Counted from the first letter of the stretch, positions 55,167-64,000 are shown. The stretch is 64,000 bases of DNA from Solirubrobacterales bacterium (GCA_051306195.1 JBPPMT010000105.1:56858-120857), one strand, 5' to 3'. The notes: a model not told the origin generated them from the sequence alone. Program-made: numbers and translations.

Positions 55167-56570
55167 TTGACTGCAAGCGCTGCCGGGCTGGCGCGTTCGA
55201 TCAGGTCTCGCGACATCACTGTGGTGGATGCGGTCGAGGCACACATCGCGCGAATCGAGGCTGTCAATCCGGCGATCAACGCGGTGATCACTCCGATGTT
55301 CGAGGACGCGCGCGAGCAGGCGGCGTTGGCCAACAGGCGGATCGAAGCCGACGGGACCGATGATCTGCCTCCGCTCTTCGGATTGCCGATCACCGTCAAG
55401 GACTGCTGGGCGGTGGACGGAGTTAGGTTCACTGGTGGCTCCTGGTTCCACCGTGACGACATCGCCGGCAATGACGCGGTGGTGGTCCAGCGACTGAAAG
55501 GCGCCGGGGCAATAATCCTCGGCAAGACGAACCTCCCGGACATGTGCTGGGGCTTTGAATCCGTCAACCCGGTCTTCGGCCGCTCCAACAACCCGAGGTC
55601 CCTCGATCATTCGGTCGGCGGCAGCAGTGGTGGCGAAGGGGCGATCATCGCGGCAGGCGGTTCGGCGCTTGGCGTGGGCAGTGACATCGGCGGGAGCGTG
55701 AGGAACCCCGCGGCGATGAACGGGATCGTCAGCCTCAAGCCGACCTCGGGCCGCATCCCCGCCGAGGACCACCTGCCGGTCGTCGACGAAAGCGTGCGCG
55801 GCTTCAACGTTGCCGGTCCACTGGCGCGCAGGGTGGAGGACCTGGCGCTCGCGCTCTCGGTACTGGCCGACGAACCCCCGCTGGAGATCCCTTCGGTCAA
55901 TGGCGTCAGTTGCGTGCTCAATCTTAAGAGTGGCCTCAGCCGTCCGCGCCAGGAAGTCAAAGAGGCACTGCTTGCCGCTTCCGGGGCACTCGAGGCGGCG
56001 GGAATGGTGATCGGGCGAGACGACTCGCTGCCGATCGATCGCCTGGGCTTTCTCTATACGCACCTGCTGCGCGAGCAGGCGCTAGCCGGAATTCGTGAAG
56101 AGCTTGGCGGTGGATCGGACTTCAGCACAATCAGGGAATACTGGCGTGGTGCGAGGGGGAAAGCTCGTATTTCGAGGGAGGCCCTGACCGTCGAGAGCTA
56201 CATTCGCATCGGCGGGCGGCTCGGCCCCCTGCTCGGCGAAGACAGCTTCGAGCGGCTGGAGATTCACAAGCAGAAGATCCTCAACGCAGCTGGTGACGGC
56301 GTCCTGCTCTGCCCGTTACTCCTGACCCGACCCCCGAAGCACGGAGCGACTTACATGCCGCTGACCCAGATTCCCTATGCGGCACCGTTCAACATGACTG
56401 GCATGCCGGCCGCGATCGTGCCAGTCAGGTGGACGGAGAACGGATTGCCGCTGGCGGTTCAGGTTGTGGCGAAAGAAGGCGCGGACGAACTCGTGCTGGC
56501 GGTCGCCGGGGAGCTCGAACGGGCTTTTGGTGGCTGGAAGATGGCGAATCCCGAGGAGCTGGTGCAATGA
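55167..56570 (+). CDS. amidase (amidase-signature family)
   Basis: 467 aa with GGSSGGEGAIIAAGGSALGVGSDIGGSVRNPA. TTG start. Confidence 0.88.
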   Translation: MTASAAGLARSIRSRDITVVDAVEAHIARIEAVNPAINAVITPMFEDAREQAALANRRIEADGTDDLPPLFGLPITVKDCWAVDGVRFTGGSWFHRDDIAGNDAVVVQRLKGAGAIILGKTNLPDMCWGFESVNPVFGRSNNPRSLDHSVGGSSGGEGAIIAAGGSALGVGSDIGGSVRNPAAMNGIVSLKPTSGRIPAEDHLPVVDESVRGFNVAGPLARRVEDLALALSVLADEPPLEIPSVNGVSCVLNLKSGLSRPRQEVKEALLAASGALEAAGMVIGRDDSLPIDRLGFLYTHLLREQALAGIREELGGGSDFSTIREYWRGARGKARISREALTVESYIRIGGRLGPLLGEDSFERLEIHKQKILNAAGDGVLLCPLLLTRPPKHGATYMPLTQIPYAAPFNMTGMPAAIVPVRWTENGLPLAVQVVAKEGADELVLAVAGELERAFGGWKMANPEELVQ

Positions 56571-57478
56571 TCCCGGAAACGATGACCTACGAAGTTGATG
56601 GGCGGGTGGCGCGGATCACGTTGAACCGACCGGAACGTGGAAACGGGATCACCCGAAACCTCGTCAGCGACCTCGAAAGCTGTGTGGAGGCGGCGGACCT
56701 TGACCCTGGAGTCCACGTAATCCTGCTGTCCGGAAACGGCAAGGGGTTCTGTGGCGGCTACGACCTGGTCGAGTCGGCCGAAGGGGAAGGGACGCTCGGG
56801 AAGGACGACGAGGCACCACCCGGTTCTCCGCTCGACCCGATGGTCATGGGCGCCAATCACGATCCGGAAGGCACCTGGGACCCGATGGTCGACTACTCGA
56901 TGATGAGCAGGAACGTTCGCGGCTTCATGACCCTGTTCAACTGCTCGAAGCCGGTGGTCTGCAAGGTTCATGGGTTCTGCGTCGCCGGTGGAACCGACAT
57001 GGCGCTCTGTAGCGACCTCCTGTTGATGGCCAGCGACGCCAAGATCGGGTACCCGCCGGCCAGGGTCTGGGGGACTCCAACGACCTCGATGTGGACTTAT
57101 CGCCTGGGACCCCAGCGGGCAAAGCGCCTGCTCTTCACCGGCGACAGCCTCTCGGGTGAGGAGGCGCTGGAGTGGGGGCTGGCGATCGAAGCACCGACGC
57201 CCGACAAACTTGACGAACGCACCGAAATCCTGGTCGAGAGGATCGCCCGCAACCCGCTGAATCAGCTCCAGATGATGAAGCTGTTGGTCAACCAGTCACT
57301 TCAGGCACAGGGCCTCCACCAGACCCAGATTCTCGGGACCGTCTTCGACGGGATCGCCCGCCACACCGAAGAAGGATTCGGCTTCCAGAAGCGTTCGGTG
57401 GAGAAGGGCTTCCGTGAAGCGGTCCGTGAACGCGATGAACCGTTCGGCGACGAAGGACCCTCGACCTTCAAGGGCTGA
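56567..57478 (+). CDS. enoyl-CoA hydratase/isomerase (crotonase) family protein
   Basis: 303 aa from ATG 56567 (ATGA overlap with the amidase stop). Contains RITLNRPERGNGI, FCGGYDL and HGFCVAGGTD. Confidence 0.85.
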   Translation: MIPETMTYEVDGRVARITLNRPERGNGITRNLVSDLESCVEAADLDPGVHVILLSGNGKGFCGGYDLVESAEGEGTLGKDDEAPPGSPLDPMVMGANHDPEGTWDPMVDYSMMSRNVRGFMTLFNCSKPVVCKVHGFCVAGGTDMALCSDLLLMASDAKIGYPPARVWGTPTTSMWTYRLGPQRAKRLLFTGDSLSGEEALEWGLAIEAPTPDKLDERTEILVERIARNPLNQLQMMKLLVNQSLQAQGLHQTQILGTVFDGIARHTEEGFGFQKRSVEKGFREAVRERDEPFGDEGPSTFKG

Positions 57479-57503
57479 CCTGAATTGAGGCGCTGACCAG
57501 AGG

Positions 57504-58304
57504 TCAGAGCTCGTAGTAATAACCGATCGCGTGGATCGTCCAGCCGTCCCGGTTGAACAGGAGGTCCGTGTGTGCGGAGGTCTTCAGCAGGAACGGACCA
57601 CCAGGCTGTCCGATCTTGCTGACGTCGCTGCCGGCGGTGATCTGGCGACCGTCAGTCATGAACCCTGAGTTGACGAACCAGGTCCTTGCGGTCGGGTCCG
57701 CGATCCATCCACGCAGCAGTTCCGTGCTGGTTTCACGGTGGGCCACGAGGGTGATCCGGGGGTCGCCGTCATTCCAGAAGAATCGGGTCCGCTGACCGGA
57801 GAACACTCCGTCAGTTCCGGGGTTGGCATTTCCGATACAACTGGCGTCACCGATTCCGAAGTCGGCCGCACTCTGGTGAAACCGGTCGGGTGGGCAACTG
57901 CCGGCCTGGGCGGGGTAGGCCGGTAGCTGGATCTCCACGCGCTGCCAGTTCTCGTCGGTCGACGTTCCGTTCGTGCGGACCCGAAGCTTCTTGCGCCCGT
58001 TCCGCTTTCCCTTGAAGGCGAAGGCAGTATGGACTCCGGACCAGTGAAAGGTGGTGCAGCGACGGAAGTGACCTTTGCGGTTGGTCTTCGCGGTCTTGCC
58101 TTCGAGGTCGAAGAGGGCTCCGGAGACCGGGTTGCCGCTCCTGTTGGTGACCTTGCCGTTCAGGCAAACACGCATGCCGACCTTCAGGTTCTTCGTCGGA
58201 GAAACTTTGAGGTTGAGCCCCTTGGCGCCAGCGGTCGCGGTCAGCCCGGCGGAGAGCATCAGTCCTGCGACAAGCGCCAGGAGGACGGTCAGAGGGCGCT
58301 TCAT
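57504..58304 (-). CDS. secreted protein of unknown function, paralog A of a tandem pair
   Basis: 266 aa. Signal peptide, then a roughly 80-aa beta-sandwich-like region (G.V...G.PV.GAL..LEGK...TN.KG.F) and a roughly 150-aa C-domain conserved with the neighbouring gene (NPGTDG, WNDG, GWI.(D/N)P, GGP.LLK, (W/Y)YY(E/D)). Confidence 0.7.
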   Translation of the reverse strand: MKRPLTVLLALVAGLMLSAGLTATAGAKGLNLKVSPTKNLKVGMRVCLNGKVTNRSGNPVSGALFDLEGKTAKTNRKGHFRRCTTFHWSGVHTAFAFKGKRNGRKKLRVRTNGTSTDENWQRVEIQLPAYPAQAGSCPPDRFHQSAADFGIGDASCIGNANPGTDGVFSGQRTRFFWNDGDPRITLVAHRETSTELLRGWIADPTARTWFVNSGFMTDGRQITAGSDVSKIGQPGGPFLLKTSAHTDLLFNRDGWTIHAIGYYYEL

Positions 58305-59143
58305 TTCCGGCCCGCCGAATTGATGTCGTAGTACCAGCCGACGACATGAATGGTGTAGCCGTCCGGAACGATGTCGAAAGGATCCTGGTAGTGCTTTGTT
58401 GCTTTCAGCAGCCAGGGCCCCCCGACATCTCCTGCTTTATATGGATCACTGCCGCCGGAGACACCCTTCAGGTCCGCGTTTTGACCGTAGGTCAGGTAGA
58501 AGGTCCGGGCACCGGGGTTATCGATCCAGCCCTCGAGATTGGGCTTGTGTACATCGTCTGTAACGAGGTTGAACGTGAGGCTGATCGGAGCCTGTCCATC
58601 GTTCCAATAGACGTTCAGGTGCTTGTCAGTGAGGAATCCATCGGTCCCCGGATTTGAATAACCAACGCAGTAGCCTGAGCCTTCGCCGAAATCGGGGCCC
58701 CCGGGGTGATCCGGGCCCGGATAACACTGTCCGTTACCGCGTGGGTTGTACGGGTACGCGGTGTACTGGACCTCCATGTGGTGCCAGTTCTGGCTGCTGG
58801 TCACCCCGGTCGAACCGACCCGGAAGCGGTCAAAGTCGCTGCGGTTTCCTTTGAAGGCAAAAGCGGCATGGGTGCCACCCCAGTGGAGGGTCTTGCAGAT
58901 CCGCAGCCGACCCTTGCTGTTGGTCCGGGTCTCCTTGCCTTCCAGCTTTATCAGCGCGCCCTTGACACCTCTTCGCCCGCTGGAAACCCGGCCCGTGAAG
59001 CAGGCCCGCTTGCCTGCTTTGGCTTTCTCCGCCGGCTGGATCTGAAGTTTGAGTTTGGCTGCCTGAGCCGGGCCTGCCCCCGTGCTCATGACCACCGCTG
59101 CCGCAACTACGGCAACCGTCGCGACTATCCCTGACTTTCCCAT
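58301..59143 (-). CDS. secreted protein of unknown function, paralog B of a tandem pair
   Basis: 280 aa with the same architecture as 57504-58304. 4-nt overlap with the downstream paralog. Confidence 0.7.
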   Translation of the reverse strand: MGKSGIVATVAVVAAAVVMSTGAGPAQAAKLKLQIQPAEKAKAGKRACFTGRVSSGRRGVKGALIKLEGKETRTNSKGRLRICKTLHWGGTHAAFAFKGNRSDFDRFRVGSTGVTSSQNWHHMEVQYTAYPYNPRGNGQCYPGPDHPGGPDFGEGSGYCVGYSNPGTDGFLTDKHLNVYWNDGQAPISLTFNLVTDDVHKPNLEGWIDNPGARTFYLTYGQNADLKGVSGGSDPYKAGDVGGPWLLKATKHYQDPFDIVPDGYTIHVVGWYYDINSAGRK

Positions 59144-59149
59144 CTAGCG

Positions 59150-59155
59150 ACTATA
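59150..59155 (-). promoter_or_regulatory. possible -10 hexamer (TATAGT) giving a leaderless transcript of paralog B
   Basis: The minus strand reads gcgcTATAGTcgctagATG, with 6 nt between the hexamer and the start codon and no SD. Confidence 0.3.
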
Positions 59156-59346
59156 GCGCCAAAGTGGACAGTGATCGGTAATTCTCGTCACAGATCAGTT
59201 TCCGCGCATTCGTCAGGCTCGTTGATTTGGTCGACGAACCGCCATAAGAGATTGTTCGCCTGGGCCTGCTGGTCTGTCTCACACGAGCGGACCGGGCGGA
59301 GGACCCCGGCAAGCGGCTCCGGCTGACCCTCGGGCTGGAGAAGAAC

Positions 59347-59377
59347 GGTGGCTCGTGGGCCGTAACCCACGAGCACC
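59347..59377 (-). terminator. putative terminator hairpin after the SSADH gene
   Basis: GGTGGCTCGTGGG / CCCACGAGCACC stem with a 6-nt loop. The minus-strand tail is only weakly U-rich (GUUCUUCUCC). Confidence 0.4.
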
Positions 59378-59392
59378 ATTCGTTCACTCTCG

Positions 59393-60796
59393 CTATTTGA
59401 GGGTGCGGATCAGCTTCTTGTTGACGAACTCGTCGATGCCGTACTTGCCGAGTTCACGGCCGAATCCTGACCGCTTGACGCCACCGAACGGGAGTTCCGC
59501 TCCGTCGAGCAGGGTCCCGTTGACGTAGACCATTCCTGCGTCGATGCTGTCCGCGACACGGGCAGCCTGCTCGGGGTCGGTCGAGAAGACATACGAACCG
59601 AGGCCGAACGGGGTGTCGTTGGCCAGTTCGATCGCTTCTTCTTCGGAGCTCACCTTGTAGACCGAAGCCACCGGACCGAAGAACTCCTCGTGGTAGGCAT
59701 CGTTGTCCTTGGTGATGTCGGCGAGCACGGTGCTTTCGATGAAGTTTCCGTTCTTTTCTCCACCGGCCACGATGCGGGCGCCGCCGGCAACAGCCCGGTC
59801 GAGCTGGTCCTTCAGCCGGTCGGCAGCTGCGGCAGATGACAATGGACCCATCGCCGTTTCTTCGGAGGTGGGATCGCCGGTCTCGGCCTCGACCATCTTG
59901 GCGGTAAGGCCAGCCAGGAATTCGTCGTAGAGCTCGTCGGCCACGATGAAACGCTTGGCGGCGTTGCACGACTGCCCGGTGTTGTCGAGGCGTGCATCCG
60001 CGGCCGCGGTGACGGCTTCATCGAGGTCGTCCGTACCGAGCAGGATGAAGGGGTCGGAGCCTCCGAGTTCGAGCACCACCTTCTTCAGGTTGCGTCCGGC
60101 GATCTCGGCGACGGCTGCGCCGGCGCGCTCGGAGCCGGTCAGGGACACCCCACGGACCCTCGGGTCGGCGATCACGTCGGCGATCTGGTCGTTTGTTGCG
60201 AGGATCGTCTGGTACGCACCTTCGGGAACCCCGGCATCGTCGTAGATCTGCTGAAGGGCGACGGCCGACTCCGGGCACTGCGGAGCGGGCTTCAGGAGGA
60301 TGGTGTTGCCAAGCACCAGATTGGGCCCGGCGAACCGGGCGACCTGGTAATACGGGAAGTTCCACGGCATGATTCCGATCAGCGGACCGATGGCGCTCCG
60401 GCGGATGAGGGCAGTGCCCTCTCCGGCCAGGAGGTCGATCGGTTCGTCTTTCAGAAACTCCTCGGCGTTACTCGCGTAGTAGCCGTAGATGTCTCCACAG
60501 AAATCAATTTCTCCGAGGGCCTGTTCGACCGGCTTGCCCATCTCGCGGACGATGATTTCGGCGAGTGCGTCACGACGTTCGATGTGGAGGTCGGCCACCT
60601 TCTGAATGAGGCTCGCGCGTTCGGCGATGGTCGAGTTCTGCGACCAGCCCCAGTAAGCGCTGTCCGCCTTGGAAACGGCTGCGTCAAGGTCTCCGTCGGA
60701 GATCTCCGGGTACTCCTGAACCTGTTCACCGGTTGCCGGATTCACGACTGCGTAGCTACTCATTGTTCTCCAATCCTCGAAGTGTTCTTGTGCCAC
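59393..60796 (-). CDS. gabD: NAD(P)-dependent succinate-semialdehyde dehydrogenase (ALDH family)
   Basis: 467 aa with ALDH motifs LELGGSDP and NTGQSCNAAKR. The overall pattern is SSADH-like. Confidence 0.85.
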   Translation of the reverse strand: MAQEHFEDWRTMSSYAVVNPATGEQVQEYPEISDGDLDAAVSKADSAYWGWSQNSTIAERASLIQKVADLHIERRDALAEIIVREMGKPVEQALGEIDFCGDIYGYYASNAEEFLKDEPIDLLAGEGTALIRRSAIGPLIGIMPWNFPYYQVARFAGPNLVLGNTILLKPAPQCPESAVALQQIYDDAGVPEGAYQTILATNDQIADVIADPRVRGVSLTGSERAGAAVAEIAGRNLKKVVLELGGSDPFILLGTDDLDEAVTAAADARLDNTGQSCNAAKRFIVADELYDEFLAGLTAKMVEAETGDPTSEETAMGPLSSAAAADRLKDQLDRAVAGGARIVAGGEKNGNFIESTVLADITKDNDAYHEEFFGPVASVYKVSSEEEAIELANDTPFGLGSYVFSTDPEQAARVADSIDAGMVYVNGTLLDGAELPFGGVKRSGFGRELGKYGIDEFVNKKLIRTLK

Positions 60797-60895
60797 TGGC
60801 CCGTCCGAAATCGACGAGACTCATCCAGCCTACCTACAGGTGGCCAGGGGATAGACTCGAGGTCCAGTAAAGATGCCAATGAGGAGAGTCATTCT

Positions 60896-62854
60896 GTGTT
60901 GACCGAGAACCAGCTGGCCACGCTCACCGCGGTTTGCAACACCGTTGTTCCGTCGATCATCCACGAGGACGACGAGCATGGAGTCTGGAGCCGAAGCGCG
61001 ACCGACCTTGGTGCGGAGCAGGCAGTCGCGCAGGCAATCGACGGCATGGAGCCGGAAGCCCAGGCGGGAATGGCAGAGCTTCTGGACCTGCTCGCGTCCC
61101 AGGGTTTCGCCGACCTCTCCCAGGCTTCCCGGGAGCAGACCTTCACGACCCTCTCACTGGCCTCGCGGGATGCCGCGGTGGGAGTCGGGGCCCTGACCGG
61201 ACTCACCCTCTTCTTCGCCTACAGCCTTCCGCCGAACCCGGCATGGCCCCAGCTCGGCTTTCCCGGGCCCGTTTCTGCGCCCCCGGAGCAGGAGAAGCAG
61301 ATCACCCCGCTTGCACCTGGCAACGGAGACGTGCTCGAGGCCGACGCGGTGATCGTCGGCTCTGGCGCGGGCGGAGGAGTGATCGCGGCAAAGCTCGCGG
61401 CTGCCGGGCTCAAGGTGATCGTGCTCGAGGCTGGCGGCTATTTCAACGAAGCTGACTTCGACCAGACCGAACTCGGCGGGTATGCCAATCGGTATTGGCG
61501 TGGCGGCCCGACCCCGACGGCTGATTTCAACGTCAGCCTTCAGGCCGGTGCCTGTCTCGGTGGCGGAACCGTCATCAACTGGACCAACTGCCTGCGCACC
61601 AAACCCTGGGTTCGCCAGGAGTGGGCCGAGCATGGACTCACCGACGTCAACACACCTGACTTTGATGCCCACATGGATTCTGTCTGGACCCGCCTCGGAG
61701 TCAACGGGGAATGCTCGGACCTGAATCCGGCTCAGGAATCATGGAAGCGCGGAGCCGAAGCCCTCGGCTGGTCCTGGGAGAAAGTGGATCGGAACTGGGA
61801 CCCGAAACTCCATGACCCGGTGATGGCCGGCTTCATGGGGTGGGGCGATCAGTCCGGCGCCAAACAGTCGACGCTCAAGACCTACCTCCAGGACGCGGTT
61901 GACGACGGTGCCGAGGTTGTTGTCGGCTGTTTCGTTGAAAGGGTCCTGCTCGAAGACGGCCAGGCGGCTGGAGTCATAGCCCGGGTCGGTGAGGCGGAGA
62001 TCACGGTGCGGGCTCCCCGGGTAGTGGTTGCGGCCGGTTCACTCGAATCTCCGGCGGTCCTGCTCCGGTCCGGTATCGGCGGTCCGGCCACGGGCCAGAA
62101 CCTGCGTCTGCATCCCTGTACAAGCGTTTTCGCTGACTACGGCACCGACCAGAAGGCCTGGTGGGGCGCACCACACGCCGGCATCATCGACGAGTTCGCG
62201 CCCGGTCTTGACGAGGACGGCTACGGCTTCCTGATCGAAGGGGCCCAGTACACCACCGGACTTGCCGCTTCAGCGATTCCGTTCACCACCGCAGCCGAGC
62301 ACAAGCAGGGCATGGTCGAATTCAGGAACGCAGCCACAACGATCGGATTGATCAGGGACTTCGGGGGAGGCCAGGTCGTGCTCGACGGGAACGGCCAGGC
62401 CCAGCCGCTCTACTCGCTCTCTGATTCGCGGGACGTCAACACGACGAGGCGCGCGCTCGAGGCCCAGATCCGCCTTCATGTGGCGGCCGGGGCCAGGCGA
62501 ATCCAGCTCCTCGCCCAGGGTCTGCCGACCTGGCGGGTCGGGGACGACGTCGAGGATTTCATCGGTCTCAGTTCGCGAATCCCGCTTCGGGCCGGCGGCG
62601 CCCGATTGTTTGCCGCTCACCAGATGGGCAGCTGCCGAATGGGTGCGGACCCCGAGACAAGCGTCGCCAACCCGCTCGGCGAGCTGCATGACACCCCGGG
62701 GGTCTGGATCGGTGACGGGTCGGCATTCCCGACGTCTTCCGGAACGAACCCGATGATCACGATCATGTCGTTGGCCTCCCGCACCGCCGACAACATCATC
62801 GCTTCGTCCGGCCAGGCCCGAAGAACCAGCGCGGAACAGGAGAGAGTCGCATGA
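60896..62854 (+). CDS. GMC-family FAD oxidoreductase with an approximately 110-aa N-terminal extension (gluconate-2-dehydrogenase-subunit-3-like)
   Basis: 652 aa from GTG 60896 (SD GAGGAGAG 7 nt upstream). FAD motif VIVGSGAGGGVIAAKLA and C-terminal GMC His region (AAHQMGSCRMG). The upstream part of the 756-aa ORF is antisense to gabD. Confidence 0.86.
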   Translation: MLTENQLATLTAVCNTVVPSIIHEDDEHGVWSRSATDLGAEQAVAQAIDGMEPEAQAGMAELLDLLASQGFADLSQASREQTFTTLSLASRDAAVGVGALTGLTLFFAYSLPPNPAWPQLGFPGPVSAPPEQEKQITPLAPGNGDVLEADAVIVGSGAGGGVIAAKLAAAGLKVIVLEAGGYFNEADFDQTELGGYANRYWRGGPTPTADFNVSLQAGACLGGGTVINWTNCLRTKPWVRQEWAEHGLTDVNTPDFDAHMDSVWTRLGVNGECSDLNPAQESWKRGAEALGWSWEKVDRNWDPKLHDPVMAGFMGWGDQSGAKQSTLKTYLQDAVDDGAEVVVGCFVERVLLEDGQAAGVIARVGEAEITVRAPRVVVAAGSLESPAVLLRSGIGGPATGQNLRLHPCTSVFADYGTDQKAWWGAPHAGIIDEFAPGLDEDGYGFLIEGAQYTTGLAASAIPFTTAAEHKQGMVEFRNAATTIGLIRDFGGGQVVLDGNGQAQPLYSLSDSRDVNTTRRALEAQIRLHVAAGARRIQLLAQGLPTWRVGDDVEDFIGLSSRIPLRAGGARLFAAHQMGSCRMGADPETSVANPLGELHDTPGVWIGDGSAFPTSSGTNPMITIMSLASRTADNIIASSGQARRTSAEQERVA

Positions 62855-64000
62855 CCACGACAACCACGGCCGGCAGTTCCCAGCTCTACATCGGTGGGGC
62901 CTGGACCGATCCGGTGTCGAACGAAACCATCGAGGTAATCAACGCCACCACCGAAGCACCAATGGGACATATCCCCGCGGGTACGGCGGCAGACGTCGAT
63001 GCTGCCGTCGCGGCGGCCAACCAGGCCTCGGAGGCATGGCGGGAACTCACCCCGAATGACCGGGCAGCGATCTGCACGGGCATCGGAGCCGGCCTTCAGG
63101 ATCGCGCGGAAGAGATCGCCGTGTTGATTTCGCAGGAACTCGGTGCGCCACTCGAGCAGGCGATGATGATCCAGGCCGGACTCCCGGCAATCACCTTCAT
63201 GTCGATGGAACATCTCGTTGAGCACATTCCGTGGCAACAGACGATCGGCAACTCCCTGATTATTCGGGAGCCGGTCGGAACTGTCGGGGCGATCACCCCC
63301 TGGAACTATCCGCTCCATCAGGTCGCGGCCAAAGTTGCTCCGGCCATGCTCGCCGGTTGCACCATCGTTGTGAAGCCGAGCGAAGTCACTCCACTCAGTG
63401 CCTTCATCCTGGCCGAGATCATGGATGGAGTAGGCGTACCGGCCGGGGTATTCAACCTGGTAACCGGCACGGGCCCTGTGGTTGGCGAAGCCATCGCCGC
63501 CCATCCCGGAATCGACATGGTTTCCTTCACCGGATCGACCGGAGCCGGCCGAAGGGTCAGCGAGATCGCAGCCGCGACGGTCAAGCCCGTGACCCTCGAG
63601 CTTGGTGGAAAGTCAGCCAACGTCATCCTCGACGACGCCGACCTCGAGACGGCTGTGGTCGACGGAATCAAGAAGTGCTTCATCAATTCAGGTCAGACCT
63701 GCTCGGCGCTGACTCGCATGCTGGTGCCTCGCGAGGCGGTACCGATGGTCGAAGCGATCGCCCAGGCGGCGGTCGCCGAGGTGAAAGTCGGTGACCCCAT
63801 GGATCCGGACACCGACCTCGGCCCGCTCGTCTCGTACGTCCAGCGTGGACGGGTGCGTGACTACATCAACGTCGGCGTTGAAGAAGGGGCAAAGCTGATC
63901 TGCGGAGGCGCCGACGCGCCCGAGGGACTGGACGAGGGTTACTTCGTCCAGGCGACGGTCTTCAGTGACGTGACTCCCGGTATGCGGATCGCCCAGGAAG
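62851..64000 (+). CDS. aldehyde dehydrogenase (3' end outside the window)
   Basis: The ATG at 62851 overlaps the GMC stop (ATGA). The translation begins MTTTTTAGSSQLYIGGAWTDP and contains ELGGKSANVILDDAD and FINSGQTCSA (catalytic Cys). The frame is open to the window end. Confidence 0.92.
   Translation, partial: MTTTTTAGSSQLYIGGAWTDPVSNETIEVINATTEAPMGHIPAGTAADVDAAVAAANQASEAWRELTPNDRAAICTGIGAGLQDRAEEIAVLISQELGAPLEQAMMIQAGLPAITFMSMEHLVEHIPWQQTIGNSLIIREPVGTVGAITPWNYPLHQVAAKVAPAMLAGCTIVVKPSEVTPLSAFILAEIMDGVGVPAGVFNLVTGTGPVVGEAIAAHPGIDMVSFTGSTGAGRRVSEIAAATVKPVTLELGGKSANVILDDADLETAVVDGIKKCFINSGQTCSALTRMLVPREAVPMVEAIAQAAVAEVKVGDPMDPDTDLGPLVSYVQRGRVRDYINVGVEEGAKLICGGADAPEGLDEGYFVQATVFSDVTPGMRIAQE

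Noticed and set aside
57493-57507. Short hairpin CTGACC-aga-GGTCAG between convergent genes, as a possible terminator.
   Set aside because: It has only 6 bp, a 3-nt loop and no U-run, and it overlaps a stop codon. That is too weak to call.
60584-60895. N-terminal extension of the GMC oxidoreductase ORF.
   Set aside because: It overlaps the gabD 5' end on the opposite strand. A strong SD precedes GTG 60896.
1-64000. Mobile elements, CRISPR arrays, prophage, toxin-antitoxin or known defence-system genes.
   Set aside because: I saw no transposase, integrase or recombinase ORFs, no regularly spaced direct repeats, and no tRNA attachment sites. No nuclease/ATPase/Cas-like gene products appeared in any frame. 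By eye, base composition looks uniform across the window.

Overview
This is a densely packed, high-GC chromosomal segment (roughly 60-65% G+C by eye, not computed) with an actinobacterial housekeeping backbone. I support about 60 protein-coding genes. The gene order is truB-ribF-rpsO ... pnp-M16 peptidase-dapB-(amidase)-dapA-rnj ... ftsK-cinA-recA-recX-rny-miaB-miaA-dapF-(dapL-type aminotransferase) ... hflX-dut. From memory this matches the Mycobacterium Rv2720-Rv2793 neighbourhood, except that RNase Y and a DapL-type aminotransferase are present, which points to a deep-branching Actinomycetota lineage (inference). The second half is more accessory:
- a tightly coupled five-gene envelope operon (methyltransferase, lipid kinase, murT, methyltransferase, gatD)
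- a cyclophilin, an alpha/beta hydrolase and a formylglycine-generating-enzyme-like gene
- several small membrane proteins
- a holin-4TM/alkaline-phosphatase fusion protein
- a tetR-P450 pair next to an MMPL transporter with its own tetR
- an NlpC/P60-like hydrolase behind a ydaO-type (c-di-AMP) riboswitch
- prfC, an ABC-2 exporter and a SulP/STAS permease
- a VOC-crotonase-amidase-crotonase cluster
- two tandem paralogous secreted proteins of unknown function
- an aldehyde/alcohol oxidation cluster (SSADH, extended GMC oxidoreductase, ALDH)

I found no rRNA, tRNA, CRISPR array, IS element or prophage, and no recognisable defence system. The items most worth follow-up are the methyltransferase embedded between murT and gatD, the tandem secreted paralogs, and two strongly structured non-coding tracts in convergent intergenic regions (11104-11483 and 2052-2320) that I could not assign to any RNA family. 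Many long ORFs in the supplied track are high-GC antisense shadow ORFs and were rejected.
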